Shown here one piece after another: positions 30,415 to 40,564 of a stretch of 64,000 nt of DNA. Under the pieces are notes generated by a model. That model had not been told where the DNA came from. It worked only from the letters and a program-made list of their open reading frames with translations, and did no database searches. Source of the DNA: a virus (taxonomy: Duplodnaviria > Caudoviricetes); the IMG/VR virus record IMGVR_UViG_3300028549_000507, positions 96,001 to 160,000 of that record; one strand, given 5' to 3'. The translations under genes and the position numbers were made by a program. Numbering within the stretch: the stretch's first letter is position 1; each line of letters starts with the position of its first letter.

Positions 30415-31908
30415 TTATTTTACTGAGTCATAGTGAGAACCTTCGCACTCACAGTAACCATTTTCACTATATTCAACAAGTTTCTTAATGATATCCACAT
30501 TAGTAGGACTAACATACCCGTCACCAAGACCAGTATACATATCACCAACAGCAGCCAATGCTTGTTCATTATAGTATGCATATTCACCCAAATCTTTAAT
30601 ACCATATCTAGGATATGGTGAAGTCATTGAAAGAATGATAGACATTCTCCATTCAATAGGCATATTAGCAAATCGTTTCAAATCTAATTCACCAAATTGA
30701 TTCATGATAATTACATCATTACCCATATGATATTTTGCAACAAAACTAATAGCTCTCGAAAGAATTGGATTTTCCAAGCATTTATCGATAAGATTCTTTC
30801 TTGTGAATTTAATCTCTGGCAGTATAGTGATATACATAGACATTGGGCTTCCCTCGATCCCAAATTTCTTAGCCAGAAGATATTCAAAGTCACTAAGTTC
30901 AGGACGATATCCAGTACGTTTGTCGAATACAAATCTAAATTCATTTGCAGATACATTAGATTTATTCTTAATCAGATCAAGAGCGTTTACAGAACCGCGA
31001 ATACTATCACCATAGATAGGATTTCTATCATCGATGGTTTCTTTCTTGGCGATTCTCCACATACCGAATGACTGATAAATCTGCTCATATCCACCCTTAA
31101 GTTTTTCACCTGCTTTAAGGTTTGGATGGTAACTCTTAGGTCTATCAAACATTCCCATCGGAACTTCTTTACTAAGGTGGTTGATAAGGATAAGGATGAT
31201 ATTATATTCATCCAATACACCTTTAACCTTTCTCAAGAATGCAGTATTATCTTTAGCTTCACGCATACCATCCATATTCTCAGACATCTTATCAATAGCT
31301 TTGAATTCCTTCTTACCATCAACTTGCTCTTCTTGAGTCTGAGCAATTACGAGTGCCGGAATACTATCAACGATCACTACTGTTGGGGGATAAATTTCAA
31401 TATGTTTACCAGATACATCTGCATATGGTGTAACTACTTTGAATTTATCTTTCTTAGCAGATTTGGAATGAGCAATTCGTCTAATCACATCATACACATC
31501 ACCAATCGAGATTGGAGGCGAAGGTGGAATATATCGACATTTCTGTCTAAATTCTGATTCACTCCAACGGTTAAGTGTCATAATACGGTCAGGAGTAGTA
31601 TTTCCTTCTGCATCAACGAATACAAGCATAGCTCCCCAACATCTGTCAACGATAGATCCGCCAAGTTGTACCATTGTTGTAGTTTTACCAGTACCGGATT
31701 CACCGATAGCACTATAGATTCTCGGGAAAAGTCCACCATTAGGAAGGATTAGTCCTGTATCAATATTCTTATCTTTATAAGCAGTCGGATAGTCAAAGTA
31801 TGTAAATCCACTCATATGACCAATAGCTTTACATTCTTCAGTACCAATATCGCCAAACATATTTGACTCTAAAATGTACTTAGGATCCTTAGGTCTTCCA
31901 ATAAACAT
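30415..31908 (-). CDS. uvsX: UvsX/RecA-like recombinase
   Basis: Walker A GESGTGKTT, FVDAEG, Walker B VIVDSIP, LINHL, IKNKSN. Confidence 0.9.
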   Translation of the reverse strand: MFIGRPKDPKYILESNMFGDIGTEECKAIGHMSGFTYFDYPTAYKDKNIDTGLILPNGGLFPRIYSAIGESGTGKTTTMVQLGGSIVDRCWGAMLVFVDAEGNTTPDRIMTLNRWSESEFRQKCRYIPPSPPISIGDVYDVIRRIAHSKSAKKDKFKVVTPYADVSGKHIEIYPPTVVIVDSIPALVIAQTQEEQVDGKKEFKAIDKMSENMDGMREAKDNTAFLRKVKGVLDEYNIILILINHLSKEVPMGMFDRPKSYHPNLKAGEKLKGGYEQIYQSFGMWRIAKKETIDDRNPIYGDSIRGSVNALDLIKNKSNVSANEFRFVFDKRTGYRPELSDFEYLLAKKFGIEGSPMSMYITILPEIKFTRKNLIDKCLENPILSRAISFVAKYHMGNDVIIMNQFGELDLKRFANMPIEWRMSIILSMTSPYPRYGIKDLGEYAYYNEQALAAVGDMYTGLGDGYVSPTNVDIIKKLVEYSENGYCECEGSHYDSVK

Positions 31909-31909
31909 A

Positions 31910-32494
31910 TTACGCTCCCACTTCTTCTAATGAATCAATTCGTTTACAATCATCTGAAATCAATATAGTCAGTTTTCCATAAATAAATGAATCCTCATCT
32001 ATAGGAGACATTTCATTTCTAACTGCGTCTGTATTGATCTTTCTAACATCACCTTCTAGCATTTTCATGCGTTCTATAATCTTCATGGTATAGCTTTCCA
32101 GTATATTACTAACTTCATTAATAATATCGGAATTGCTACTAAAATATATCATAAACCTAGATTTCAAGTGTGGACTCATAGAACCTATGACTTTAACAAT
32201 TATACCTTGAAACTCTGGTTCGATTGGTGATGATATTTTCTTAAATACCGTTCTAGTTCCGGTATGATCTCTCTCCGAGAATAGTACAAGCTCGAGAACA
32301 GATCTTGTAATAATAGATAGTGCATAAGTTTTAAGTTCTTCATGCATTATGTTATACGTATAATTCTTTGGAAGATTTGTAAATCTTTTCAAATTATCAA
32401 TATATCTACCTATAATAATGGATAAATACATAACAGATACACTACAAACTAGTATAAAAATGCTTTGGAAAACAATCATTAATCCCTCACCCAT
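31910..32494 (-). CDS. Hypothetical protein with N-terminal TM helix
   Basis: 194 aa, hydrophobic residues ~5-30. Confidence 0.65.
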   Translation of the reverse strand: MGEGLMIVFQSIFILVCSVSVMYLSIIIGRYIDNLKRFTNLPKNYTYNIMHEELKTYALSIITRSVLELVLFSERDHTGTRTVFKKISSPIEPEFQGIIVKVIGSMSPHLKSRFMIYFSSNSDIINEVSNILESYTMKIIERMKMLEGDVRKINTDAVRNEMSPIDEDSFIYGKLTILISDDCKRIDSLEEVGA

Positions 32495-33266
32495 TTAAAA
32501 GTACCGATCTCATTATAGGTAATATGAAGTTTATATAGTTTTGATCTATACAAACATCAATCCCCTCTTCTCCAGATAAATCCATATTACCATCAAAATA
32601 AACTATTTCATTATTCATTTTGACTCCTAATCGATTATCGTTCAAAATATCTTGATATATAGATATATCTTGACTATTAATATACGATTCTCGCATATGT
32701 TTAAGATTGTTGAATATCTTTGTTTCCCCTCGCTTTTGACAACTCTCAATCAATCTCAAATGTTTACTTAGGAATTTTTGTAGGAATGGAGAGTTATTAC
32801 TAACCTCTTCACCAACTCCTTTACAAACAATATTGCCACTAATCATATCGAAAAATATAGTAGTTCTATTAAATCTATACATTGAACTGAACGATCCGTC
32901 TTTATTTCTAAACTTAACATTACCAAATTCAGTAAACAAGGGTATCTTATTGTAAACTACTATAGAATCTCTAGTTGTATATATTAAATTTGAAGCTTTT
33001 ATCTTATTTTTAGTTATAAACATGTTAAGATATTTTAACATAAGAGCATTAACTTTACTTGACAATCCAGGCTCATCTCGCATCATCAAACCTATACGAA
33101 TATTTCTTTCTTTTTTACTAAAAGTCATGAGTTCATTGTAAATAGTATCACCTTTTAATTCTCGTATAGCCGTCGATCCCGCAGATTGTATATCGTATTC
33201 GGATATATTACCACCAATTATAGTGTCAAATAAAGTGTTAACGTTAATCAACTTTTCAAGTATCAT
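32487..33266 (-). CDS. Small polymerase-palm-like protein
   Basis: EYDIQSAG (motif A-like) and TTRDSIVV (motif C-like), 259 aa. Confidence 0.45.
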   Translation of the reverse strand: MILEKLINVNTLFDTIIGGNISEYDIQSAGSTAIRELKGDTIYNELMTFSKKERNIRIGLMMRDEPGLSSKVNALMLKYLNMFITKNKIKASNLIYTTRDSIVVYNKIPLFTEFGNVKFRNKDGSFSSMYRFNRTTIFFDMISGNIVCKGVGEEVSNNSPFLQKFLSKHLRLIESCQKRGETKIFNNLKHMRESYINSQDISIYQDILNDNRLGVKMNNEIVYFDGNMDLSGEEGIDVCIDQNYINFILPIMRSVLLNG

Positions 33267-33298
33267 AGTTAAACCTTATTTTTTATGAAACATAAATA

Positions 33299-33310
33299 CA
33301 TTAGATTGTT
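33299..33310 (-). promoter_or_regulatory. AACA-N6-TG promoter
   Basis: AACA atctaa TG upstream of ATG 33266. Confidence 0.65.
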
Positions 33311-33328
33311 ACCTCAAACTTTATTAAA

Positions 33329-33358
33329 TAATAAGGAGGGAATGTTCCCTCCTTATTA
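33329..33358. terminator. Intrinsic terminator
   Basis: taataaggaggga / tccctccttatta stem. Confidence 0.75.
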
Positions 33359-33369
33359 TATATAGTCAT

Positions 33370-34749
33370 TTATACCGTTTCAGTAAACCATATTCTTTCA
33401 ACAAGTGAAGAATTAAGTAAATTCTTATCAGGATATCTTGAAATATAATCCGTAAGAGGGTATTTAATAACACCTTTAGAGTGGATAGTATATTTTTCAA
33501 ATGCTCCATCAATAAGAATCATATCTCCAACATTAATTTCTGGGAAATTGATGTGGAATGGATACGGGTAATTCTTACGACAATTGGTCTCTCTATGCAA
33601 TTTAACGGTTTTATTAGGATTTAAGCTAGAAAACTTAACTAATTTATAATCGTAAATTCCAGGAAGAAGACTTTCTAGATATTCAACAGTACTGGATTGT
33701 AGGTGGTTACCATATTCTCTCTTATAATCATCAATAACTTCAAGAAGTTTATTATAAGTTCCCAATAGTTCAACATTACCATTTTTACCAATACGATATG
33801 AAGTTCTAGGAAGAATAACTCCATTACATATTATGAAAGAATTTTCATCAACATCAGCTTCAAATGATAGTTCTGACAGGTAATCGAATCTAACCTTACT
33901 ATTATTAAAATCAACCTCAACATCATTATGCATCTGGTAATCACTACCATATGTATCAATTTTGAGGTTATTCCATTTGAATATTTTCAAATCGAATACA
34001 TATCCTTTAAGCTCTTGAGAACTATTGAATACTACTGCCGCAGTATTATCACTGTGTCTGTTGAGTGTCGAATTAGGTTTGAATCCAATTCGTTCAGGAT
34101 ACATAATAGAAAGAGCGTTTCTAATAAATACAGTTTTACTATCAAACCTTGTAGCACTAACAAACATTCCGTTAAGCCACACTAGAGTATTATCCAATCC
34201 TCCTAGGATTCTATCATCCTTAAGACCAACCTTAAGGTCTCTAGAACTCACAGGATCATCTGTCGTCGGATTATCGAAGTTTGAAAGTTTAGTATCTACA
34301 AGATTCTTATCCTTTTGAGATATTAGAATATTGTGAATAACCGTATCAAACTTCAATCCATCAAATTCTCCAATATGAGAAACATTACCAACTGCATCAG
34401 TGTAGAATGCTTCTTTTATATCTTTTTCTTGAACTTTATACAAGTTTCTATTTGTAAAGATATTTTTATAGATATTCACATAGCTATTTGTAGTCGTTTT
34501 ATACAATCCTAGGTCAACCCATTGGGTAAGTGTTCCATTGTTTATAATATCATAAGATTTATAATATTCTTTTACAATAGGATTTCTACCAAATGTAGTC
34601 TTTAATGCTATATACGAATGGATAGGACTAGAAGAAGGAGTATTGCTACTATAAGCAACAACACTCCCATCCAGAAATTCCAAGTATATGGCACCTTTAG
34701 GCATTGAATTTAAAAAAGGTTCAACTTTTTCATTCAATATCTGGTGCAT
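33370..34749 (-). CDS. Probable virion structural (baseplate/tail) protein
   Basis: 459 aa, beta-rich (LVWLNGMFV, ICNGVIL, ILIDG), in a structural operon. Confidence 0.55.
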   Translation of the reverse strand: MHQILNEKVEPFLNSMPKGAIYLEFLDGSVVAYSSNTPSSSPIHSYIALKTTFGRNPIVKEYYKSYDIINNGTLTQWVDLGLYKTTTNSYVNIYKNIFTNRNLYKVQEKDIKEAFYTDAVGNVSHIGEFDGLKFDTVIHNILISQKDKNLVDTKLSNFDNPTTDDPVSSRDLKVGLKDDRILGGLDNTLVWLNGMFVSATRFDSKTVFIRNALSIMYPERIGFKPNSTLNRHSDNTAAVVFNSSQELKGYVFDLKIFKWNNLKIDTYGSDYQMHNDVEVDFNNSKVRFDYLSELSFEADVDENSFIICNGVILPRTSYRIGKNGNVELLGTYNKLLEVIDDYKREYGNHLQSSTVEYLESLLPGIYDYKLVKFSSLNPNKTVKLHRETNCRKNYPYPFHINFPEINVGDMILIDGAFEKYTIHSKGVIKYPLTDYISRYPDKNLLNSSLVERIWFTETV

Positions 34750-34767
34750 ATATCATCTCCTATATAA

Positions 34768-36357
34768 TTATTTCAAATGACATACGTAAAGTTTTGTAAC
34801 AAACTTAGACCCATTATCACCAGGTTTGTAGAATTGTACAAGAAGTGGAATATTCTTAGAAGCCATTTCTACCGTAGCAATGGCTGTATTCAAGGCAAAC
34901 CCTGCTCCAGCGTCACCAATAGCTACACCATTTGCAATAAGTTTAGATCCAAGATTACCATACGGCAATGTATACACATCGAAGTGTGTAGGAACTTTTT
35001 CTATACCATTAACAGATACTTTAGCAAATGTCGCGAAATCACTAATGCCATCGATCTTGTATACACCATTTGTGGTGGATATTTCTCCATAGATATTAGT
35101 CAATCCGCCCATAGCAATAACGTGTTTATTGGTACTAGTTTTACCAGTAAACGTATATGTCAAACGTTTATCAATAGTACCCATAACTCCGAGTTTGAAA
35201 TCACTTATAATAGGAGTTGCCAAGTTATTAACAATTGCCGATGTAGAAGCATCCGCAACTTTACAAGATGTAACTTCATACGAATTACCATTATCATCGG
35301 TAGCCCAATATTTCTTAGAAATAGTTGTAACACTATTTGTATTTGGGGTGAAATATATTGGAGTTATAACCGGATTAGGTACAGTCAGATCGTCTATAAC
35401 ATGAAGTTTTACAGTCTTACTAACAAAATTAGTTCCAGCAGGATTATATGTAAATGTAAGTAAGAACGGATTATCGCCTGTAATACTTGTAGTATTAATG
35501 GTATCAATTCCGGCATTAGTGCCATTCACTTTTATAGTCAATTTACTTCCAAGAGTATTTGTAACATCAACAACTTGTCCGCCATTATATTTAGCCATAA
35601 CCATAAATGTAATATCATTTATAGATGCACCTTTGAATAATTTAGCATCACCATTAGCAGTTGTACTAGATGGAGTTACAAGGAGTTCAGTGATACCATC
35701 GCCAATATCGCCTCCAGCATAATAAAGCATATATTCAGCATGGAATACATCTCTATCAATTAGACGCTTAGACTCATCATAGAATTCTACAATATATGTA
35801 TCACCATCATTAAGAGTTTTATTTGGGAGAATAAAACCTGGATTAGGCTTCATAACAATCTGATTTGATGACGGAGTTGTTCCCATAGGAATAGGAGTTC
35901 CGCCAGAATTCAGAAGATATCCGCCCATAGATACGATATTCGTAGTAACTACACCATTATCAATTACTCCTGTAATATACCCACTCCCATCACGAATTGC
36001 ATAATACTTATACGTATGAGGGTATACCAAGTTCTTATTGAAATTAACAGTCTTATTTACATTATCAAAAAGAAAATAAGTCAATTCTTTACTAATCAAG
36101 CCTGCACTAGCATTGTCGATTACACCAGTATTTTCCAATTGTCCAAGTAGATCGGTTACAGCTTTAGATTCACTAACGAACTCCCAAACTCCCGTATCTT
36201 TATAAACAATTCTACCAATAGAACCAGTACCTTCGTCATCATATACAATTTCATTATCATAAGGAATTATCGCATCGACAGCCGTAAATAGGGATAAAGG
36301 CGTAACGATAAATACCGGTCTACCTCTTTTAGCGGGGTTAACACTATTCATTATCAA
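34768..36357 (-). CDS. Probable virion structural protein with Ig-like segment
   Basis: 529 aa, T/G/N-rich, LLVTP...FMVMAKYNGGQVVDVT. Confidence 0.55.
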   Translation of the reverse strand: MIMNSVNPAKRGRPVFIVTPLSLFTAVDAIIPYDNEIVYDDEGTGSIGRIVYKDTGVWEFVSESKAVTDLLGQLENTGVIDNASAGLISKELTYFLFDNVNKTVNFNKNLVYPHTYKYYAIRDGSGYITGVIDNGVVTTNIVSMGGYLLNSGGTPIPMGTTPSSNQIVMKPNPGFILPNKTLNDGDTYIVEFYDESKRLIDRDVFHAEYMLYYAGGDIGDGITELLVTPSSTTANGDAKLFKGASINDITFMVMAKYNGGQVVDVTNTLGSKLTIKVNGTNAGIDTINTTSITGDNPFLLTFTYNPAGTNFVSKTVKLHVIDDLTVPNPVITPIYFTPNTNSVTTISKKYWATDDNGNSYEVTSCKVADASTSAIVNNLATPIISDFKLGVMGTIDKRLTYTFTGKTSTNKHVIAMGGLTNIYGEISTTNGVYKIDGISDFATFAKVSVNGIEKVPTHFDVYTLPYGNLGSKLIANGVAIGDAGAGFALNTAIATVEMASKNIPLLVQFYKPGDNGSKFVTKLYVCHLK

Positions 36358-39300
36358 TCTCCAGTCGCTTTAAATGTTGGACCTCTACCCACAATGATAT
36401 CATCACCTTCAAATGTGACATCTGCTCTTATTGGTAGTAAGTCTCTTTTAAATATTCTATTGCTATGTTTAAACTCTTCATATCTTTCAAATCCGTCCTG
36501 TATACTCAGTTCGTTTTCTACACAACATTCTAAGAAATTTTTAACAGTTTCACCATAATCAAATCCACCATACGTTTCGCGCTTTGTAGATAATTCTATA
36601 TTATTAATTATAGAATTTAACCAAGGTCGAAGTATAACATCTCTATTAGTTTGACCTATATCTAAGAATATTTCAAGCTCATTTAATATATTCAAAGGGA
36701 TATCTTCATAAGATTTCCACTGATGATTACATCTATCGCTTATAAAATATCTAAGGTATGCGTCTAAATATAGATTATATCTAGGGGATATATACTCAGA
36801 TGATCTAATTCTATTAGGAGTTTTGTAATTTGAATCTACATATTTATCAAATGACTCATATAATGCATCACTTTCAAGTCTACCAAGACCATTAACCATA
36901 CCTTTAAAATCTATATCATAATTACTAAAAGAGTGTTTTATGAATTTCTCAAAGTTACTCTCATTATAGAATTCTATAAAAGGTGCTAGTTGCGTAAATG
37001 AAGCTCTCAAGTTAAATTCAACAAATACGTTTTGAAGACTTACTTCCTCATCATACAATCTAATAAGTTTATCAGACAATCTGTTTATATACTTCGGGTT
37101 TATGGATTTATTATTAGCATAAACTCTAGTATATCTACTAGAATATGGAAATTTCATCTTACTCAAATATAAAAGTCCATACTTATTAGGACCAGTATCT
37201 TCTATATTCATTGAAGGATATTCGAAACTATTGGTATATTCTGGCATGATTGCGATATTAATAATACTATCAGCTTCTAATTCTCTTTTGAAAATTATAC
37301 AAGAACCTCTAATTGCACTTGTATTAAGTTGATGTTTTATCATATAATCGATACCTTCGAACAACCGATATCCCTCACCCTCAACCGAAACAGAGAATGC
37401 CCCAGTATGTATAATTGGAACTTTAACATCGTGATATTCATCATTGTAATAGAAAGATTCAATTCCGGCATATAAACCTTGAAATAATGATTCGTAAGTA
37501 TCATTAAAATCTTTTACTTTAACTTGTAATAGTTTATGATGTTTTAGGGAAGTGACGATTACCATATCAAGACGAGGATCATCTTTAAAAAACTTTTTTT
37601 CAAAGTTTATATAAATCTTACCATCACCACCGATAAGTCTCGGAGCCTCTGATCCTGGTATAATTCTAAAACCATACTCAGAGTCATCTATATAAATCCC
37701 AATAGGATCAAATTCCCGTTTCACAAGAGCAATAACTTTAAAGTCATCTATAGAATGTATTGAACCAAATGTATCCAATACAGCCATATATACATTATTA
37801 TTTCCAAAGTTATCTACAAATTCAGATCCTTCTAGACGTTGTACTGGCACAATTTTATAAGATGAGTTGTAGTATATAGATGAACTCTCTATTATTACAA
37901 CATCATTATCACAGCCAACTTTAAACCATTTCTTATCTACATCAGTCGAATGATATCGCATATTATCATGAACTATAAACTCTTCAATAGAAGCAATCTT
38001 ACCATTCACATCAATTATACGTATAACCTTTGTTCCAGAGTCATAAGTTATACTATGTCCAATTGTAACATGGTCAGCAATACCATCATAACAAGCAAGT
38101 TTTCTAACTTCTTCTGCGGCAAAGTAATCCATAAAATCGGAAATAAGATATCTACATTTATTCAATATCATTTGAATTCTCTGATTAACGTCTGGAACAT
38201 TGTATAATTCTTTTAAGAATAGCATGAAATCCGCATAATCGAATCCCTCACCCTCTATAACATTATTCATAATTCCGACAGGATCAACAATAGATAGCGG
38301 TTGGGTATCTTTTACTAAATTATTATATCTAGTAATGTATTCTTCTAGATTAGAATTATTTGTATCATTCATAAGTAATGATGTAACGCCTCTAACACCT
38401 ATCATATTATATATATAATAATCTTCATTATAGATCTTAACATTTTCGGTTGAAATAATATCATTATCCGTAAATATGATACTATAAGTATCTCCAGCGG
38501 AGATAGACTCATTTAAACAATGATAATCAACTCTACCAACTTGAGTTATGGACGAATTCTCTATTCTTAATCCGTTTTTGAAAAACATACAATTATCTAC
38601 AGATATAGGACCGTATAATGGATCCATAAATTCAAGTTCATCGGAATTTGAGTTATTATATCTACCTATACTGAATGGTATTTTATCAAGTGGGGCATCT
38701 ATACTTCTTGTAGAAGAGTATTTTATAGATCTATCGATAAATATTTCAACATTACCAGATATAAGCTTATTGAAATTTACTCTATAAACCCAATTGGAAG
38801 ATGATACTGTTGATATAATATTTCCGATATATATCCCATCAACGAATGCAATTACGCTCATTTTTTCACTAGATATATTTCTATGAGAACCATATCCAAA
38901 TTCTATAAATGATGAGTTATTACCCTTAACATATACACCCGCATAAGTATTATCTGTAAACTGTCTACGTTCAACAATTATATCAAATTTAGTAATACTG
39001 CTATTATTCTTAAATACTGGAAGAGATTTTGACAAAATTATATTTGTACCACTCTTGCCAACGTAAAGAAGAACCTCGCTATCAGGAATCTTATATCCAT
39101 TAACATAAACGAATAAACTATCCTTATTATTTCCAAATCTAACATTTGATCTATGAAAATCGGGAGTATCACAACCGCTCAATTTCATATTTGTAAATAT
39201 ATTAAACGCATCAAGTATACCATATCTATTTGTAGGCTGTTGCGGGATGGTTAATAATGGTCCATCCCCAACCTTACATGCCCCATTGAATATATAATTT

Positions 39301-39455
39301 TTACCAGATGGAGTAGTACAACTGGCTGTATCAAATTCAAAGTCCATGATTGATTTTATACTACTATCACCAAGTTCCAATCTAGAAGCTACGGCGATAG
39401 ATTTCGTTAAAAGGTCATTGTATATTTCCAATGAACTTACACCAGATCCAAACAT
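36354..39455 (-). CDS. Large probable baseplate/virion structural protein
   Basis: 1033 aa with recurrent [FV]x[VF]NG beta motifs; coupled to the next gene. Confidence 0.55.
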   Translation of the reverse strand: MFGSGVSSLEIYNDLLTKSIAVASRLELGDSSIKSIMDFEFDTASCTTPSGKNYIFNGACKVGDGPLLTIPQQPTNRYGILDAFNIFTNMKLSGCDTPDFHRSNVRFGNNKDSLFVYVNGYKIPDSEVLLYVGKSGTNIILSKSLPVFKNNSSITKFDIIVERRQFTDNTYAGVYVKGNNSSFIEFGYGSHRNISSEKMSVIAFVDGIYIGNIISTVSSSNWVYRVNFNKLISGNVEIFIDRSIKYSSTRSIDAPLDKIPFSIGRYNNSNSDELEFMDPLYGPISVDNCMFFKNGLRIENSSITQVGRVDYHCLNESISAGDTYSIIFTDNDIISTENVKIYNEDYYIYNMIGVRGVTSLLMNDTNNSNLEEYITRYNNLVKDTQPLSIVDPVGIMNNVIEGEGFDYADFMLFLKELYNVPDVNQRIQMILNKCRYLISDFMDYFAAEEVRKLACYDGIADHVTIGHSITYDSGTKVIRIIDVNGKIASIEEFIVHDNMRYHSTDVDKKWFKVGCDNDVVIIESSSIYYNSSYKIVPVQRLEGSEFVDNFGNNNVYMAVLDTFGSIHSIDDFKVIALVKREFDPIGIYIDDSEYGFRIIPGSEAPRLIGGDGKIYINFEKKFFKDDPRLDMVIVTSLKHHKLLQVKVKDFNDTYESLFQGLYAGIESFYYNDEYHDVKVPIIHTGAFSVSVEGEGYRLFEGIDYMIKHQLNTSAIRGSCIIFKRELEADSIINIAIMPEYTNSFEYPSMNIEDTGPNKYGLLYLSKMKFPYSSRYTRVYANNKSINPKYINRLSDKLIRLYDEEVSLQNVFVEFNLRASFTQLAPFIEFYNESNFEKFIKHSFSNYDIDFKGMVNGLGRLESDALYESFDKYVDSNYKTPNRIRSSEYISPRYNLYLDAYLRYFISDRCNHQWKSYEDIPLNILNELEIFLDIGQTNRDVILRPWLNSIINNIELSTKRETYGGFDYGETVKNFLECCVENELSIQDGFERYEEFKHSNRIFKRDLLPIRADVTFEGDDIIVGRGPTFKATGD

Positions 39456-39464
39456 ATTTTCTCC

Positions 39465-40472
39465 TTACTTGGAGTTTGAGAATACTGTCAAAAGAGCATC
39501 CACAATATTATCAACCTGACTTTTAATAGCCTTTGAGATAAATTTATCATTATAAAACCCAATAGGCACAGTTAGTATCATATTCATAAATGAGGTAGAA
39601 TGTTCAATAGAAAACCATGAATTTGCACCATACATCTTCTGCCACAGGTTTGCAACAAGTCGAATATTGAATGTACCTTCACGAATATAATCACTAAACT
39701 CATAAGCATAAACTTCTAAGAATTCTGTAAGAGTTTCGAACTGCAATTTACCTTCTCTAAGTAGCTTACAGTCGCCTTCAATACTAGCTCTATCAGATAT
39801 TCTTGATGAGAATACTATATTTTTAGCATCTTCAATACTATATCCGAAGAAAGTTTTCAAGCAAAATACTGCAGATAGGAATAGTGATACAGAGAATACA
39901 TCAGAGTTTGCTGATATAGGGTATGCTCTATCGATACATTTTGAAAAAAGTCTAGAATATGCTATAGCAGTATTCTTAACAATGACTCCAGATTTATCTA
40001 TAATAGCTTCATTCTTCTTACAATTAGCATCAACATATGCGAATTGTAGAAGTGAATACAGTTCTACTTCTTTAATCTTGAGAGATTCTACATTTTTCAT
40101 AGTATCTCTTGTATATCTCGCTCTAGAAGATAGATCAACATATCCCACAATACCTCCAGGAGTACTGAATGTGGGGATTGTTGTTGTAAGGATTATAGGT
40201 CTATCCTTCAAATCCTTAGGCTCTACAAGAAGAAGTGGTTTAATAGTTTCTTCTAATGCAGCCTTTACAATAAGTCTACTAAGCGGGTACTTATACGATC
40301 TCATAGCTTTTACCATGAAATCATAGTGTTTACTTTCTATAGTATATTTATCTACACTCTGAGATATGTCAACAAGGGTTCGCATGAGTGACCCTTTGAA
40401 GCTTGCGTCCGCTAATTTGAATAGCTCACATGAACTTAATTTATTCAAAACTTCCTCCAAATTTATTAACAT
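39465..40472 (-). CDS. Hypothetical protein
   Basis: 335 aa. True start may be TTG 40448 behind GGAGG. Confidence 0.7.
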   Translation of the reverse strand: MLINLEEVLNKLSSCELFKLADASFKGSLMRTLVDISQSVDKYTIESKHYDFMVKAMRSYKYPLSRLIVKAALEETIKPLLLVEPKDLKDRPIILTTTIPTFSTPGGIVGYVDLSSRARYTRDTMKNVESLKIKEVELYSLLQFAYVDANCKKNEAIIDKSGVIVKNTAIAYSRLFSKCIDRAYPISANSDVFSVSLFLSAVFCLKTFFGYSIEDAKNIVFSSRISDRASIEGDCKLLREGKLQFETLTEFLEVYAYEFSDYIREGTFNIRLVANLWQKMYGANSWFSIEHSTSFMNMILTVPIGFYNDKFISKAIKSQVDNIVDALLTVFSNSK

Positions 40473-40478
40473 TTAAAT

Positions 40479-40490
40479 CATTCATATGTT
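40479..40490 (-). promoter_or_regulatory. AACA-N6-TG promoter
   Basis: AACA tatgaa TG. Confidence 0.6.
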
Positions 40491-40511
40491 CTTGGCGTCT
40501 ATTTTATAAAA

Positions 40512-40546
40512 AAAAATGGGTGAGGGTTGAACCCTCACCCATTTTT
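40512..40546. terminator. Intrinsic terminator
   Basis: aaaaatgggtgagggt-tga-accctcacccattttt. Confidence 0.85.
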
Positions 40547-40564
40547 CTCTTTTCACATTCTCCC

